Translations under genes and position numbers: made by a program
The notes under the pieces: model-generated
Seen by the model: the letters and a program-made list of their open reading frames with translations, nothing else
The model's database searches: none
What the model was told of the DNA's origin: nothing
Assembly (NCBI RefSeq): GCF_009914755.1
Contig: NC_060934.1
From: the human T2T-CHM13v2.0 reference genome, Homo sapiens
Strand: one strand, 5' to 3'
Length of the DNA: 64,000 bases
Shown here: piece by piece, positions 42,268 through 55,623 of the stretch
How positions within the stretch are numbered: position 1 is the stretch's first letter
How the letters are laid out: every line of letters starts with the position of its first letter

Positions 42268-42836
42268 CACACATATAATGGAATACTATTCAGCCTTTAA
42301 AAGGAAGAAAATTCTGTCATTTACAATAACATACATGAACCTTGAGAATACTGTGCTAAGTGAAATAAGACAGGCACAGAAAGACAACAGTGTCTTGATT
42401 TTACTTATATGTGGAATTCAAAATAGTCAAGTCCCATAGAAACAGAGGGTAAAATGGTGGTTACCAGAGGCTAGGGGGTCGGGGGTAGAGAGATGTTGGT
42501 CAAAAGAAACAAAATTTCTGTTAGTGGAAATAAGCCAAGAGATCTCTTGTACATCACGGTGACTATAGTTAATAACAATATATTGCATACTTGGAAATTG
42601 CAAAGAGAGTAAATTTTAAGTGTTCCCACTATAACGAAAACACATGTGAGGTAATGCATATGCTAAATACCTTGATTTAGCCTTTCCACAAGGTATGCAT
42701 ATATTATATCAAAACATCATGTCATACACCATAAATATATATAATTTTTGTCCATTTAAAAACTAAATGAAATAGTCCCAATGCATATTATTAACTAGTG
42801 CAGCTAGGAAAATTAACTGTATAAAAATGTTTTGTG

Positions 42837-43097
42837 GGCCGTATGCGGTGGCTCACACCTGTAATATCAGCATTTTGGGAGGCCGAGTTGGGTGGATCAC
42901 CTGAGGTCAGGAGTTTGAGACCAGCCTGGCCAACATGGTGAAACCCTGTCTCTACTAAAAATACAAAAATTAGCCAGTTGTGGTGGTGCACTCCTGTAAT
43001 CCCAGCTACTCGAGAGGCTGAGGATTCAAGACAGTCGCTTGAATCCAGGAGGCAGAGGTTGCAGTGAGCCGAGATCATGCCATTGCACTCCAGCCTG
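42837..43097 (+). mobile_element. AluSx-like, 3'-truncated and tailless
   Basis: Ends at CCAGCCTG; TSD AAAATGTTTTGTG (42824) / AAAACGTTTTATG (43098). Confidence 0.92.
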
Positions 43098-43164
43098 AAA
43101 ACGTTTTATGTATATTAATCAACATTCATTTGAGAGGTAACTACTGGATAAGGAATACTGATGT

Positions 43165-43370
43165 AATACTATTAATAATAGCTTACATTACATACCACTT
43201 ACCACGTACCAGGGGCTATTCTAAGCACTTTACATTTAGCCCATGTAATGATTACTTCAATCACAAGAAGAGGGGTGCTTTTATCCTTATTTAATGGTGA
43301 AGAAAATTCAGGATTAGAGAGATTAAGTAATTAGCTCAAGGTCACATAAGCAACCCAGGCAGCTGGGCTC
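43165..43370 (-). mobile_element. MIR
   Basis: TAATAATAGCTTACAT..TTCTAAGCACTTTACAT..AGAGAGATTAAGTAATTAGCTCAAGGTCACA. Confidence 0.75.
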
Positions 43371-44149
43371 CCAGGTCACCATATAAGACAGAACGAAAGC
43401 AAGGCACGAAACAGCATGATCATTAAAGGAAGAAGAAAGCTCACCCTGGCAGTTTCCTTCTCAAGATGGAGAAGAGGTCAGAGTGAATTTGGAATATGAT
43501 TCTTTGTATCTCTGGCCATCCATGTAAAAGCTGTTTTGGAAATGAGGTGCTCACAGAGGTGCCCCACTGCTGTCAGGGACTCGGGGAGGAAAATCCCTCT
43601 GAGTTATCCCACAGATTTAGCTGGACTAAGAAGAGAAACAGCCCACTCAAGGCGGTCTCCACTGGGAGTTTCTGAATAAGGGTAGAAAGAACACCCACTT
43701 CTTAACAGAACATCAAGCCTGAAAGGACGTTACCTCCAACTCCCTCCTACAGAGAATCATAGAATGAAAAGCTAAATGAAAATAGGGACCTGCAGTGTAG
43801 ACAGCTTCAAGAGCAATCTAACTCAGACAGCAGGATGGGGCGGAGGCTGCGCGGTGGCTGACAAGAGAGGCTCAGCTGCCCCTGTCGTTGGGCTCACTCC
43901 CCACTGGGTTGCCACAGGCCTATTTTTTTGGCAACGCTGTTGCCTATTTCCTGCTGCTATCATCTTGTCCTACATATCATAAAATGACTCCACTGAGTTC
44001 TTTCATAGAGGCTCTGCAGCTATTCTGTGAATGGGAATTGGGACACATTGGCCATCACACGGATGCTAAAAACACAAAAAAGAATGGATGTTTTCTCCAG
44101 CTGCACGTAGGTCCTTTATCCTAATCCACATATAGATACCCTTGCATAG

Positions 44150-44380
44150 TGAAAAGAATCCTGGATTAGGCCTGGTGCACAAACTCTCAAGGTGATTTCA
44201 GACCAATTACATAAATTACATAGCCTTTTTATACCTCAGTTTCATCAGCTGTAAAATGGCAATAAAATGCCCTAACTCCTGCAAAGGCCATAAAGGTATT
44301 ATGAGAACCAAATGAAATAACATGCATGAAAGCCATTTGGAAGGGACAGATGACTGTACAAGGGCAAGGGGTTATTATTT
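44150..44380 (+). mobile_element. MIR
   Basis: CCTCAGTTTCATCAGCTGTAAAATGGCAATAA..ATGAAATAACATGCATGAAAGC. Confidence 0.7.
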
Positions 44381-44464
44381 CTCTGCACCTGTTACTACAG
44401 TGCTGCTGTAAGAAAACCCACATGCCTGCACAGGGGCCCAGCTTTGCAAACTAAGGATTGGAAC

Positions 44465-45168
44465 AGCTCTGGCTGCCACACGAGACACCACAGATCTCAC
44501 AGACTGGGTGGCTGAAAGAACAGAAATTTATTTTCTCACAGTTCTGAAGCTCGAAGTCCAAGGTCAAGGTGCTATCAAGATTGGTTTCTGGTGAGGCCTC
44601 TCTTCCTGGTTGGCAAACAGCCACCTTCTTGCTGTGTCTTCACATGGCCTTTCCTCTGTGCTCATGCATCCCTCGTGTGTCTGCCTCTTTTTCACTTGGT
44701 TTTGTTTCTTTTTTTGAGACAAGGTCCCACTCTATCACCCAGGCTGAAGTGCAGTGCGGGCTCAGTCACAGCTCACTGCAGCCTCGACCACCTGGGCTCA
44801 AGCAATCCTTCTGCCTCAGCCTCCAGAGTAGCTGGGACTGCAGTTGCATGCCACCATGCCCTGCTAATTATTTTATATTTTTTGTAGAAATGGGGTCTCA
44901 CTGTGCTGCCCAGGCTGGTCTCGAACTCCTGGGCTCAGGTGATTCTCCCATCTTGGCTTTACAAAGTGCTGGGACTACAAATGCAAGCTACCAGACCCAG
45001 CCTCTGCCTCTTCTTATAAGAACACCAGTCCCATGGGATTAGAGCCCCAACCACATAACCTGATTTAACTTTAATTACCTTTTTAAAGTCTCTGTCTCTA
45101 AATATAGTCACACTGCGTGTTAGGGCTTCAGCAGATGAAGTTTAGGGGGACACAATTTAGTCCCTACA
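44465..45168 (-). mobile_element. MLT1A0-like MaLR solo LTR split by an AluJ
   Basis: CACAGACTGGGTGGCT..CAGAAATTTATTTTCTCACAGTTCTG..TTCTTATAAGAACACCAGTC..GGGGGACACAATTTAGTCC. Confidence 0.87.
44690..45002 (-). mobile_element. AluJ (Jo-like)
   Basis: Antisense Alu; TSD TCTGCCTCTT. Confidence 0.91.
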
Positions 45169-45290
45169 TGACAAACACCCAGAGGGAGGAGCCGTTCGGC
45201 TGCATCTTCTTTGCACAGTCGGATGGTCTCTGCCCTATAGGGTCTCCTGTTGTCTGTAACAGAGTGTCCTAACTGAGTGCCAGGCTGAGG

Positions 45291-45617
45291 TTTTATTTTA
45301 TTTATTTTATTTTATTTTTTAACTTTTATTTTTCTTAGAGACAGGGTCTCAATCTTGTCCCAGGCTGGAGTACAATGGCGCCATCATAGCTCACTGCAGC
45401 CTCAAATTCCTGGGCTCAAGAAATCCTCCCAGTCAGCCTCCCACGTAGCTGGGACTACTAATGTGTGCCACCAAGTCTGGCTAATTTTTTTTATTTTTCA
45501 TAGAGACAGGGTCTCACTATGCTGCCCAAGATAATCCTGAACTCCTGGGCTCAAGCAATCCTCCTGCTTCAGCCTCCCAAACTGCTGGGAGTACAGGCAT
45601 GAGCCACTATGCTGGGC
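45291..45617 (-). mobile_element. AluJ with (TTTTA)n tail
   Basis: ATCATAGCTCACTGCAGCCTC, CTCCTGGGCTCAAGCAATCCTCC. Confidence 0.91.
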
Positions 45618-45710
45618 TGGGATTCTATTTTGACTGTTTCTGGAACTGGAGAACTGGCTGTCACTTCAGGTATCCATTTACATAAATTAACATGCAGGAG
45701 GGTGCTCTGC

Positions 45711-46165
45711 TTTTTTAAAAATTTTTTTAATTTCCGTAGGTTTTGGGGTAACAGGTGGTATTTGGTTACATGAGTAAGTTCTTTAGTGGTGATTTGTGAG
45801 ATTTTGGTGCACCCATCACCCAAGCAGTACACACTGAACCCAATTTGTAGTCTTTTATCCTTCACTCCCTTCCCACTCTTTCCACCTGAGTCCCCAAAGT
45901 CCATTGTGTCATTCTTATGCCTTTTCGTCCTCATAGTTTAACTCCCATTTATGAGTGAGAACATATGATGTTTGGTTTTCTGTTCCTGAGTTACTTCACT
46001 TAGAATAATAGTCTATGGTCCCATTCAGGTTGCTGCAAATACCATTAATTCATTCCTTTTTATGGCTGAGTAGTATTCCATCATATATATATATATTCCA
46101 TCATATATATATTCTATCATATATATATATTCCATCATAAATACATATATATATCATATACTATA
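45711..46165 (-). mobile_element. L1PB (PB1-like) 3' UTR fragment ending in an (ATTCCATCATATATAT)-type repeat
   Basis: GGTATTTGGTTACATGAGTAAGTTCTTTAGTGGTGATTTGTGAGATTTTGGTGCACCCATCACCC. Confidence 0.9.
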
Positions 46166-48833
46166 TCAGGATAAACTTCATGGTTGGCTTGGAGCCCAGT
46201 GCAGGGAATGGTTAAAGGAGAAAGCTACAGGTGGGCTTAGAACCCATTATTCCTGGTACTTCCTGGATCAGAAGTGTGGGCACACTCAAAGATCAGCACC
46301 TCCAGCATGGGAAACTTTTAAGCATGAAGGCTTCTTCCAGTGGGTTCATGACCAAAACAAAGAAGAGATGAACAGTGCGGGTGTAGAGAAGTAACTGTTT
46401 GGATAGGTGAATGCCCCAGATTTCAAGGGATAGATGGGAGAGGAGGAGGAGGAGGGACAGAGATAGTCTTTACAAGCGCATGAGCAAGAATACTTAAATA
46501 TCAATATTTATATGACTTGTCTCCACAAGCTGGTGAGGCATGGGGCATTCAGGTTTTTATATGCTCATGATGTTAGATCTCAGGAAACAGATGGAAGAGG
46601 GGAAGGAGGAGAAGCAGAGAGGAGAAATTTCTGAAAGTGATTGGGGGTTATCTCCCCAGTCTAGGTAAAGATGAATCTTGCCTGTATTGATAGACATAGA
46701 TTTACGGTGGACTCTACTGGCCCCGTATGTCCTGGGACTGGACACCTTAGTCAAGGGGCACTAGGGAATCTGCCAGTTCAAGAGTTGTAGCCACATAAAG
46801 GACCCAGGATTTCAGGGCTCTCATCTCCTCTTAAACAAGGTCAACAGAGTCAGAACACCTATTCTGATCTTGGCCTTTTAAATCTGACCACAGAAGTACA
46901 TACTTGCTCTACCTGCTATACCAAGGATGTACAGCACAAGCTGCTGTGCCTATGGCCCAAATAGATGCCTCAGTGTAGAAATACCCTTGAACTTTGCTAA
47001 TGCCTTAATGAGGGTAATGTTTTCCATGGATAACTCACTTGTTCATGCAAACACCACCTGAACAAAGCCCATAGGCTCAGCGCAGAGGCTGAGTGGCAAT
47101 AGCCAAGTAATCCAGTTGTCCACGATGGAGCCTCAGGAACACAACTGTCATAGGCTCAGCATCCCCCTGGGCGTGGCTCTGCCACCAAAGGAGACAGCCG
47201 GAATGTGCAATGACTTAATTAGAATCCCGCACTCCAGCCAACAGGGGCAGGTGGGCGACAAGTTTGGAAACTGGCCTTGGGAAATGCCAATGAGAATAGC
47301 ATCCATCTCCAGTCTGCTAGAAGATCTCAGGCAGGCAGGGAGGCTGAACCCTGAAGGAAGCTCATAATTTCAGAAGAAAAGAATCTTCATTAAGATCTCA
47401 TGCTCACAATCTCTGAATGAGCTGAATTTTATTTCAAGAACACATTTTCCCCCAGCCCTGAAATAAGTGTGAACCGAACTGTGAAAAACAGACCTTGACC
47501 ATATTGTTGTCACTACCAATTCACAGCAACAATCTTCAGTTTTGAATTATCACCCTCTATTTCTTTTTTGCATTGAAGGATTTGGAGATTACAGAAAAAA
47601 AAAAATCTGTAGCCAAGATGACTCAAAAAATTTCCATTTTAAAAATCTTGATCATTCTCATCCCCGCCTGTGGATCTGCGGCGTGTCACACTCTCCCATC
47701 AACGGTGCTCTCTGGTACATGCCTAATGAGAGGAGGCTCTCCCCTGGGCTTCTGGAGAGGTCTCTACAACATAACTGTGCCCTACATAATGAGAGAGAAC
47801 TACCTGGGGATTTCCAGTCCTTAGCAAACCTCAAGTACAAACCAAGCTTGTTCTTTTCCATCATGTTCTAAGTCAATCTGAATGCATTACAAACCACAGA
47901 GTAGCAAATTGTATTTGATTATTTATAACCATAACATAAATGGAATAATGTAGGTCTTGTGAATTTTTTTCAATGACAGATAAGGCAAGGAACAGAAAAT
48001 TCCCCAGTGGGGCTAAATGATTAATGCGTGATGAATTCATAACATCCTTGCATTTGACAATCTTTCTTGAAGGAGTTGAAACTAGTTTCCAGGGTACAAT
48101 ACGTACAGTTTTCCAAAACTTCTAAGTTTTTCTAGCCCTGAGCTCTCACCTAAACCATAGGAGTTCAGAGAAAGATATAAATTTTGAAGAAGACATATTT
48201 CTTTGCTCTGAACAACTCATCTTCTCATGGCAAAGGCCACAAAATAGCATCATCTCACCTGCTTCTAATTTGGTATAAAGGCAAAAAAAAAATAATATGC
48301 CTAGGTATTTACTTAGAAAATCATGCTGTAAGAATATTTTGAGAGGAAAGCTAGTCTTATGAGTTACTATCTGTCATTGGCTTCCCATGATTAAAGGTAG
48401 GGTACCTATGCAACTGGACAGACCACATCAAAGACTTCATTAGGCCTGCAGGTACAGTGTCATGTGGTGCTCTGAAGTTAATATACTTTCATTTGATTAA
48501 AGTCCAGACTCCTACCAAAATAGCAATATGGAAACAGCAATGCTGTTCTCTGCTCCCTCCCCTTGGATAGCTCTCTTTTTTGTGAAGCTTCTGATAACTG
48601 GACAACAAACTCTTTGTGGTGGTGGTGGTGTCATTGTTACGGCCAGCTTGTGTTAACTATATGCTTTGCACTGTGCCCAAACTTTCATACATTTTATCTC
48701 ATTTACTCATCACGTTGAGACTGTGGGATGGATTTTAATGATAAGGAAGCAGGTGCCTGTACCACCAAAAGGAAGGGACACAGCCAGGGGGTGAAGTGTG
48801 GAGTATGAAGCCCAGTCTAGAAAGTAAGGCTAG

Positions 48834-49157
<324 letters not shown>

Positions 49158-50739
49158 TAGACTGCCTTTCTGTGCCAACTTCCTACTGTCCACTTCAGCA
49201 AGTGGGGAAGAAACCCAAATCAGATTTGCCAGGAAAGTCATTCAAGTCCGTGGCCTCAAAGGCCCTCTCTTCAGCACAGAGACATGCAAAAGATATGTTG
49301 ACCTGAGAAATGGTAGCTGCTATCATTTAGAGCGAAATCTAAGGAGAAAAAAATAGCTGGCTTGTTTCATTCTGTTCCTAAACTTCAACATCCTGACAAA
49401 GCAGTCTAAAGGAGTTCAAGCCCTGCCCTACCCCGCTAAAGCATTCATAATCCTATCCTATTCCCCTAAGGGTTACAACAACCAAGATCTTACATTCTAG
49501 CAAAGGGGAAGAGGGAAACAGTACATACGAGAAGCCTCCACCGCCACAGTGCAAGAATCCTTTTCAAGAACACCTGCACTTCCATGGGCGGACATGGAAG
49601 CTGTAAGTAATTGCCTATAAAGCAAACATTAAGGCTGTGAGCCCTGCTAACACTTCCCTCTCACATGTGCAAATGGGTTACACATAGGATGCACAAAACT
49701 ATTCCATGGAGAGAAATCTGTTCCGTCAGCCATACGTGCAGAGCCCTGCACATCTTCTCCCCTGAGCAGGGTAAATGACAATAACTACCCTCACCTCCAG
49801 ACGAGAATGTGTTAGAAACCTAAGACCTCTATTATACCTAGAATTAGGAACAGAATATCCAATGGGCCTACACAAGCAGCTGTGCATTCTGAACTCAGAC
49901 AGCAAATTGACATGAAGTTGCTGCTGAAACAAGCAAGTTTGCCACAGTGCTATGTGTACAATACCCTTTCTAAGAAGTAGCAAAACTCTGTGGTTTCACA
50001 ATCAGATTGGCACCATTTGTACCCTATCTGTATGCTCCTGTTTTATGGCATTCTCTGACGTTATCCAAAGTAAACTGTCCACATTTTAATGTATTTTCAT
50101 ATGCTTTATTTTCCAGAGTTGGGACAAGAAGTAACTTTGCCTAATCCAAAATTCAGTTGGCAGGTATCCAAACACCAAAGTACTTTCCTCTGGCAACATT
50201 TTGTGTGGTAGGAGGACAGAAACGTATACAAAAAGCAGCCAGGAGGCTGCAGGGATGCTGATGTCTCTGAAATTTAGACTTTTTTCTCCTTTACTGCTAA
50301 CTTTCAGAAGTAATTAGGGCACTCATTTCTAAGCTAATGCCTTCTAATGGTCACTTAATTCTGGACAAACTGCAGAGTAGAATGCTTTTGAAACTAGAAT
50401 TAATTGTTTAAAAGACATTATTGGGATTAGTCTGGTAAATGTAGAAAGAAAAAAAGACCTTTTACTGAGACATTAAAAATAATGAAGTTCCCTCCAGTCC
50501 CAAACCTAATACATTTTGTGGGTTTCTTTTTTTCTTTTTCTTTTCTTTTTTTTTTCTTCCTGGAAGTAATCGGCCAGGGAATGAAGCAATACCAGAGACC
50601 TCTCCACCTGTTAATAGGCATTCAGTGATGTTTCCTACCGTCATATCAGATCAGTCCTACTAAGAAAGAGAAGACACATAGCTAAGACTGCCATACTGCA
50701 ATTATTTTTCTCTTTTATTTCAAAAAACATCCATCTAAT

Positions 50740-51300
50740 CACTGCTGTGCTCAGAGTTCTTGAGAAAGCTGTACAAGGTACAAAGGGCAGGAAGTGACAG
50801 TCCCCTGAGGCTCACAGTCTATTGAAGGACAACGGCATATAAATAGCAAGGGACGCCAAGGCATATGCTATAATAATAGAAGCACGGCTAAGATTCTATA
50901 ACAGTCAATAAAGTGAGGGAATTTTGAATGGAAAAAAAACTATGAAGGCTTAAAACCTTTAAGTGCATTTAGGCCCCCAGTAGTTCAGTAAAGAAAGGAA
51001 GGGACTATGCCAGGCACAAGGACAGTGAGAGTGAAGCCACAAATGTAGAAAAGTCAGCATGGAGCACAGGGTGTGGGAATGAGAGAGGGGCAACATCATG
51101 GAATACAAGGTTACACTGTGGCTGTGCCAAAGAAAGTTCCAAATGCTACATAAAGAGTTGGGACTTTGGACATTGGTATATAGACAATAGTGAACGGTTT
51201 TGAGTAGGAAACTACTATGAAGTGATGAGTTGAAGTTGGTGTGTTGAGTTTCTTTATTTGCCCTGGGAAAGATAAGGCAGGTATAATTGAAGCATGATGA
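50740..51300 (-). mobile_element. L2 remnant
   Basis: GGCTCACAGTCTATTG..., AAAGAGTTGGGACTTTGG..GGTTTTGAGTAGGAAA. Confidence 0.6.
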
Positions 51301-51559
51301 GGAAAAGGGAGGAAGAACCACTGGGAGAAAAAGACAGAACGGCAGGGCTAGGATCACCAGTCACACACATTTCTGCTTTGCCATCTTGGTTGGAGCAAGC
51401 CTGTTCATTCTCCTTTATCTCTTTTCTTGTTTCCTCTTTATTGTTAAGTGTTGGCTTTCTCATCTCTTTAACATCATTACGATATTTAAACATCACTTCA
51501 AAATTGAGTCACCAGACCTGACTTCCATTGTGAGTTTTCATCCCAAACTTTTGCATGCC

Positions 51560-52455
51560 TGCTTGCCATGTGAAGAGGGATGTTCTATTGATCCTCAAAC
51601 TTGACAGCCAAATTGAATTAATCTCCCACTAGATCCCTGATTTTCTTCCATCTTCTCATCATTTAACATTTAACATTTAACACCACCTCAATCCTCCAAA
51701 TCACCCAGAGTACAATTACAAAGTTATTTTAGACTGTGCTTTCACTCAACTCATCAACATACCATATGTTGTCTAATCCTACTACAAAACCTCTTTTAAT
51801 ATCTATACATCTATCTGGTTCATTTCATCTCCTCTAGCATAGATCGATTTCAAGTCTGCCTGCATTTTTTACCCCCTAGACTCTCAGAATAGTTTCTTAC
51901 TCGGTTTCCTTGTCTCCAGTCTCTTCCCTCACTAATCTCTCTCTCACTACACAGCCTAAAACACTGATCAGATGGTGTAAGGCTCTTCCTCACAAGCCTC
52001 AGATGTCTTCCCATTGGCTACGCAATGAAGGCAACCACCTGAGTGAGTAGCATACAAGTCTTGAATGATTGGCCAAAACCTCCAACCAATCTCTCCATGC
52101 TTTCTGGATCACCCATCCCCCAGACACACTGTTCAACTCAATGTCTTGCCTCCACCTACATCTTTCTCTCAAAGTTTGCCTATTGAAATTCTATGTGTTT
52201 TTCAAGCCCTAGCTCAGATATTGCCTCTTCCACAAAACCTTTCTTCCCCAGTCCCAGATCAATCAATCACTACTTTCTCTTTGCATATACACAATTATCC
52301 AATAGTATTATTTCTGTCTGTTATTTACCATTTTCTACGTGTTTTCTCTTCTCAATTATAAATTCCTTGAGTGCGGTAGACATGTCACATTCATCAATAT
52401 ATCCTGTGATAACTGGAATAACGTTTTGCAAGTAATAGGTTCTGAAAGAATAAAT
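51560..52455 (+). mobile_element. L2 remnant (3' region)
   Basis: CTCAAACTTGACAGCCAAATTGAATTAATC..., TGTCTCCAGTCTCTTCCC.., AATTCCTTGAGTGCGGTAGACATGTC. Confidence 0.65.
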
Positions 52456-52614
52456 GCCAGTTTGGTTTATTTTTAAATTTGTTCCCAGGCATTAAAATTT
52501 CTAGGATTGCAGGTTTCCTGATGGAGATTCAGATCCACCTGTCAAAAGGGAAAGTGTTTGCTAAGTAATTTCAGCCTTAAATTTCCAATGGTTGATCAAA
52601 TATATATGAAGTCC

Positions 52615-53215
<601 letters not shown>

Positions 53216-53940
53216 ATAGGCTATTCCATCATTCTATAAAGCCGGGTGCTTTTGGGTAATGGGGATATTGCATGATAGAACCAGTGACTCCCTAGTGATG
53301 GGCAACATGGATCACATGGTCGCCTGCTGTTTGTGATCAAGCATTCAATCTATACCAGCTCCCAGGGACATCAGTCTTCTCCTCTTCCTTCTCCTCTTCT
53401 TCCTTCTCTTCCTCATCCTCCTTCTTTTTCTTTGTCTCTAAGTGAGTTTCTGAGTCACAAGCAGTGGTGTATGGTAGGCTATGATGATGCTTCCCTCTTC
53501 AAGATGGAAAGCCTGCCACCAGATTACTACTGTCTACTCACACCTGTCCCAGGGATATAATATGATATCAAAATTTCAAGACTGCTCACTGCTGCTGATT
53601 AGGCTCTTGAGATGGCAGCATCCAGATGAACTTTACTGACTAAAAGTCCAAGTTATTGAAGCTATCCTCAGCCTCCATCTTTCCTGCCATGCTTCCTTTG
53701 GTCAAGAGCCCATGAAGGACCCTGAAATACTTGGACAATGAGGTTTAACTAATAACCACAATGATGCTCTTCTCAACAACCTAATAACTGAGGCATATTT
53801 CTGTCGTGGAATCTGTTTGGTGAGCATTCATATCAGCAGCAAATATCTCACTCTGGACCCATTCCAATAAGTCCATCTACATATTTCCCTTCAAATTTCA
53901 TTGTCAACAGCCCTCTAATATTTTTCTTTCCATGTCTCCA

Positions 53941-54013
53941 ACCACACCATGAACCACACCATGAACCACTGCACATGCCACACCATGCCACACCATGAAC
54001 CACTGCACATGCC
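53941..54013. repeat. Compound minisatellite-like array of CCACACCATG(AA) and CCACTGCACATG units
   Basis: Direct reading: four A-type and two B-type units in AAB-AAB order. Confidence 0.9.
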
Positions 54014-54889
54014 CTGAAATAGATTCTTATCTCAGGTTCTCTCTTCTTCCTGACAGTGTAGTTATGAGATCTTCTACCCAAAGTTATTTGTACTGGAAAG
54101 ATGTTCTTTTTCCACTCCCCTCAGGACCACCTGTGATAAATGCAGCTGTAATAACACAGCAGTCCATTTCCAGGGGGACCAGCACACTCATACTAAGCAG
54201 AGCCATCTGTAAACCTGGCTTTAAAATTGTTCCTCTGTAGCCATCTTTTCATAGGGACCTCCAATGAGGTATTAAGGCAGATTAAACAGGGGGTTGCAGT
54301 GAGGCAGGAATAGCCATACTGGGAATGTGAGCTGTGTGCTTATGGAATTGCCTTGTTCTTTCACAACGTGCTTGGTCTCTGTCTCATAAACCCTATTTTC
54401 ATATGATGAAGACACGCTGGACATATCAGATTTTATGGCAATGGCAATCCGACAATCCTTACTCATGATGGGCAGCATGAATCACATGGTCTCCTACTGT
54501 TTGTGATCAGGCATTCAATCTATACCAGATCCCAGCATTCAAACAAAACAAAAACAAAACCAAAAAAACAACTAAACAACTGTTTCTGAAAAGGAGCATG
54601 AGTCCTTTGGACCATTATTAAGTAAAATAAGGATAAATATTTATTAAAGAAGGTAAGATTTCCCTTCAAAATTCTTGTGATTTCCCATTTGATGGTACCA
54701 GAATTTCATGTAGTATTCCCATTTTCCAAGACACTTAAAGCACCAGAATTCTGCTCAGCCATGAGGACCAAGTAGTAAAATGGCTGGTCACCCAGATGCC
54801 ATTGGTCAACCTCCTGCTCTAGTCCCTACTCGAGCCTTTCAGTTCACCTTGTAAGTGGGTTAGAGTGGAACACACAAATATTTCATGTA

Positions 54890-55623
54890 TGATAGACCCG
54901 CACTTATTCATGGTTTTGCTTTCTGTGGTTTCAGTTACCCACAGTCAACTATGGTCAGAAAATATTAAATGAAAAATTCCAGAAATAAATAATTCATGAA
55001 TTGTAAATTGTGTACCATTCTAAGAAGCATGATGACATCTTGGGCTGTCCTCCTCCACCACACCCAGGACATGAATCTTTCCTTCTCCCAGCATCTCCAT
55101 GCTGTCTACGCTACCCACCTGTGAGTCACTTAAAAGCTGTCTCGGTTATCAGATCAACTGTCGTGGTATCACAGTGCTGTGTTCAAGTAATCCTTATTTT
55201 ACTTAATAATGGCCCAAAGCACAAGAGTAGTAATGCTGGAAATTCAGATATGCCAAAGAGAAGCTATAAAGCACTTCCCTTAAGTGAGAAAATGAAAGTT
55301 CTTGACTTGAGGAGGAAAGAAAGAAAATCGCACACTGAGGTTGCTAAGATCTATAGTAAGAACAAGTCTTCTATCTGTGGAATTGTGAAGAAGGAAATAG
55401 AAATTTGTACTAGTTTTGCTGTCACACCTCGAACCTGAAAAAGTTACAGTCACAGTGCATGAAAAGTGCTTAGTTAAGATGGAAAAGGTGTAAAATTTGT
55501 GGGTGGAAGTCACGAACAGAAAGGCGTTCCACCTGATGGCTGTCTGGTTCAGTACTATCCAGGGCTTCAGGCATCCACTGAGGGTCTTTGAATATATTTT
55601 TTATGGGCAAGGGGAGACTGCTA
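54890..55623 (+). mobile_element. MER44C-like (Tigger7 internal-deletion derivative, TcMar-Tigger)
   Basis: GGTTTCAGTTACCCACAGTCAAC..AAAATTCCAGAAATAAA; encodes a transposase N-terminal HTH remnant PKHKSSNAGNSDMPKRSYKALPLSEKMKVLDL..EVAKIYSKNKSSI; ends CAGGCATCCACTG..AAGGGGAGACTGCT. Confidence 0.88.

Larger units (their letters stand above)
41084..42771 (+). mobile_element. 5'-truncated L1MA (MA6-8-like): ORF2 C-terminus and 3' UTR, split by an Alu
   Basis: AAATAGACATTTCTCAAAAGAAGACATGCAGATGGCCAACAGG, GGTGACTATAGTTAATAACAAT; TSD AATAATCCCAATGCAT (41068) / AATAGTCCCAATGCAT (42772). Confidence 0.9.

Noticed and set aside
43830-43890. Possible CpG island or promoter (GGGGCGGAGGCTGCGCGG)
   Set aside because: Only a few CpGs over <100 bp, far below island scale.
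53941-54013. CRISPR-like repeat-spacer array
   Set aside because: Units are 10-13 bp with no unique spacers, the context is eukaryotic, and there are no cas-like ORFs.
53296-54535. 70-bp direct repeats as LTRs or TSDs of a novel 1.2-kb element
   Set aside because: No TG..CA ends, and the repeat is ERVL pol sequence with pol continuing on both sides.
55010-55438. ORF with a Tigger/CENP-B-like HTH, possible domesticated transposase
   Set aside because: Lies in a non-autonomous MER44; the native ATG is out of frame and there is no DDE domain.
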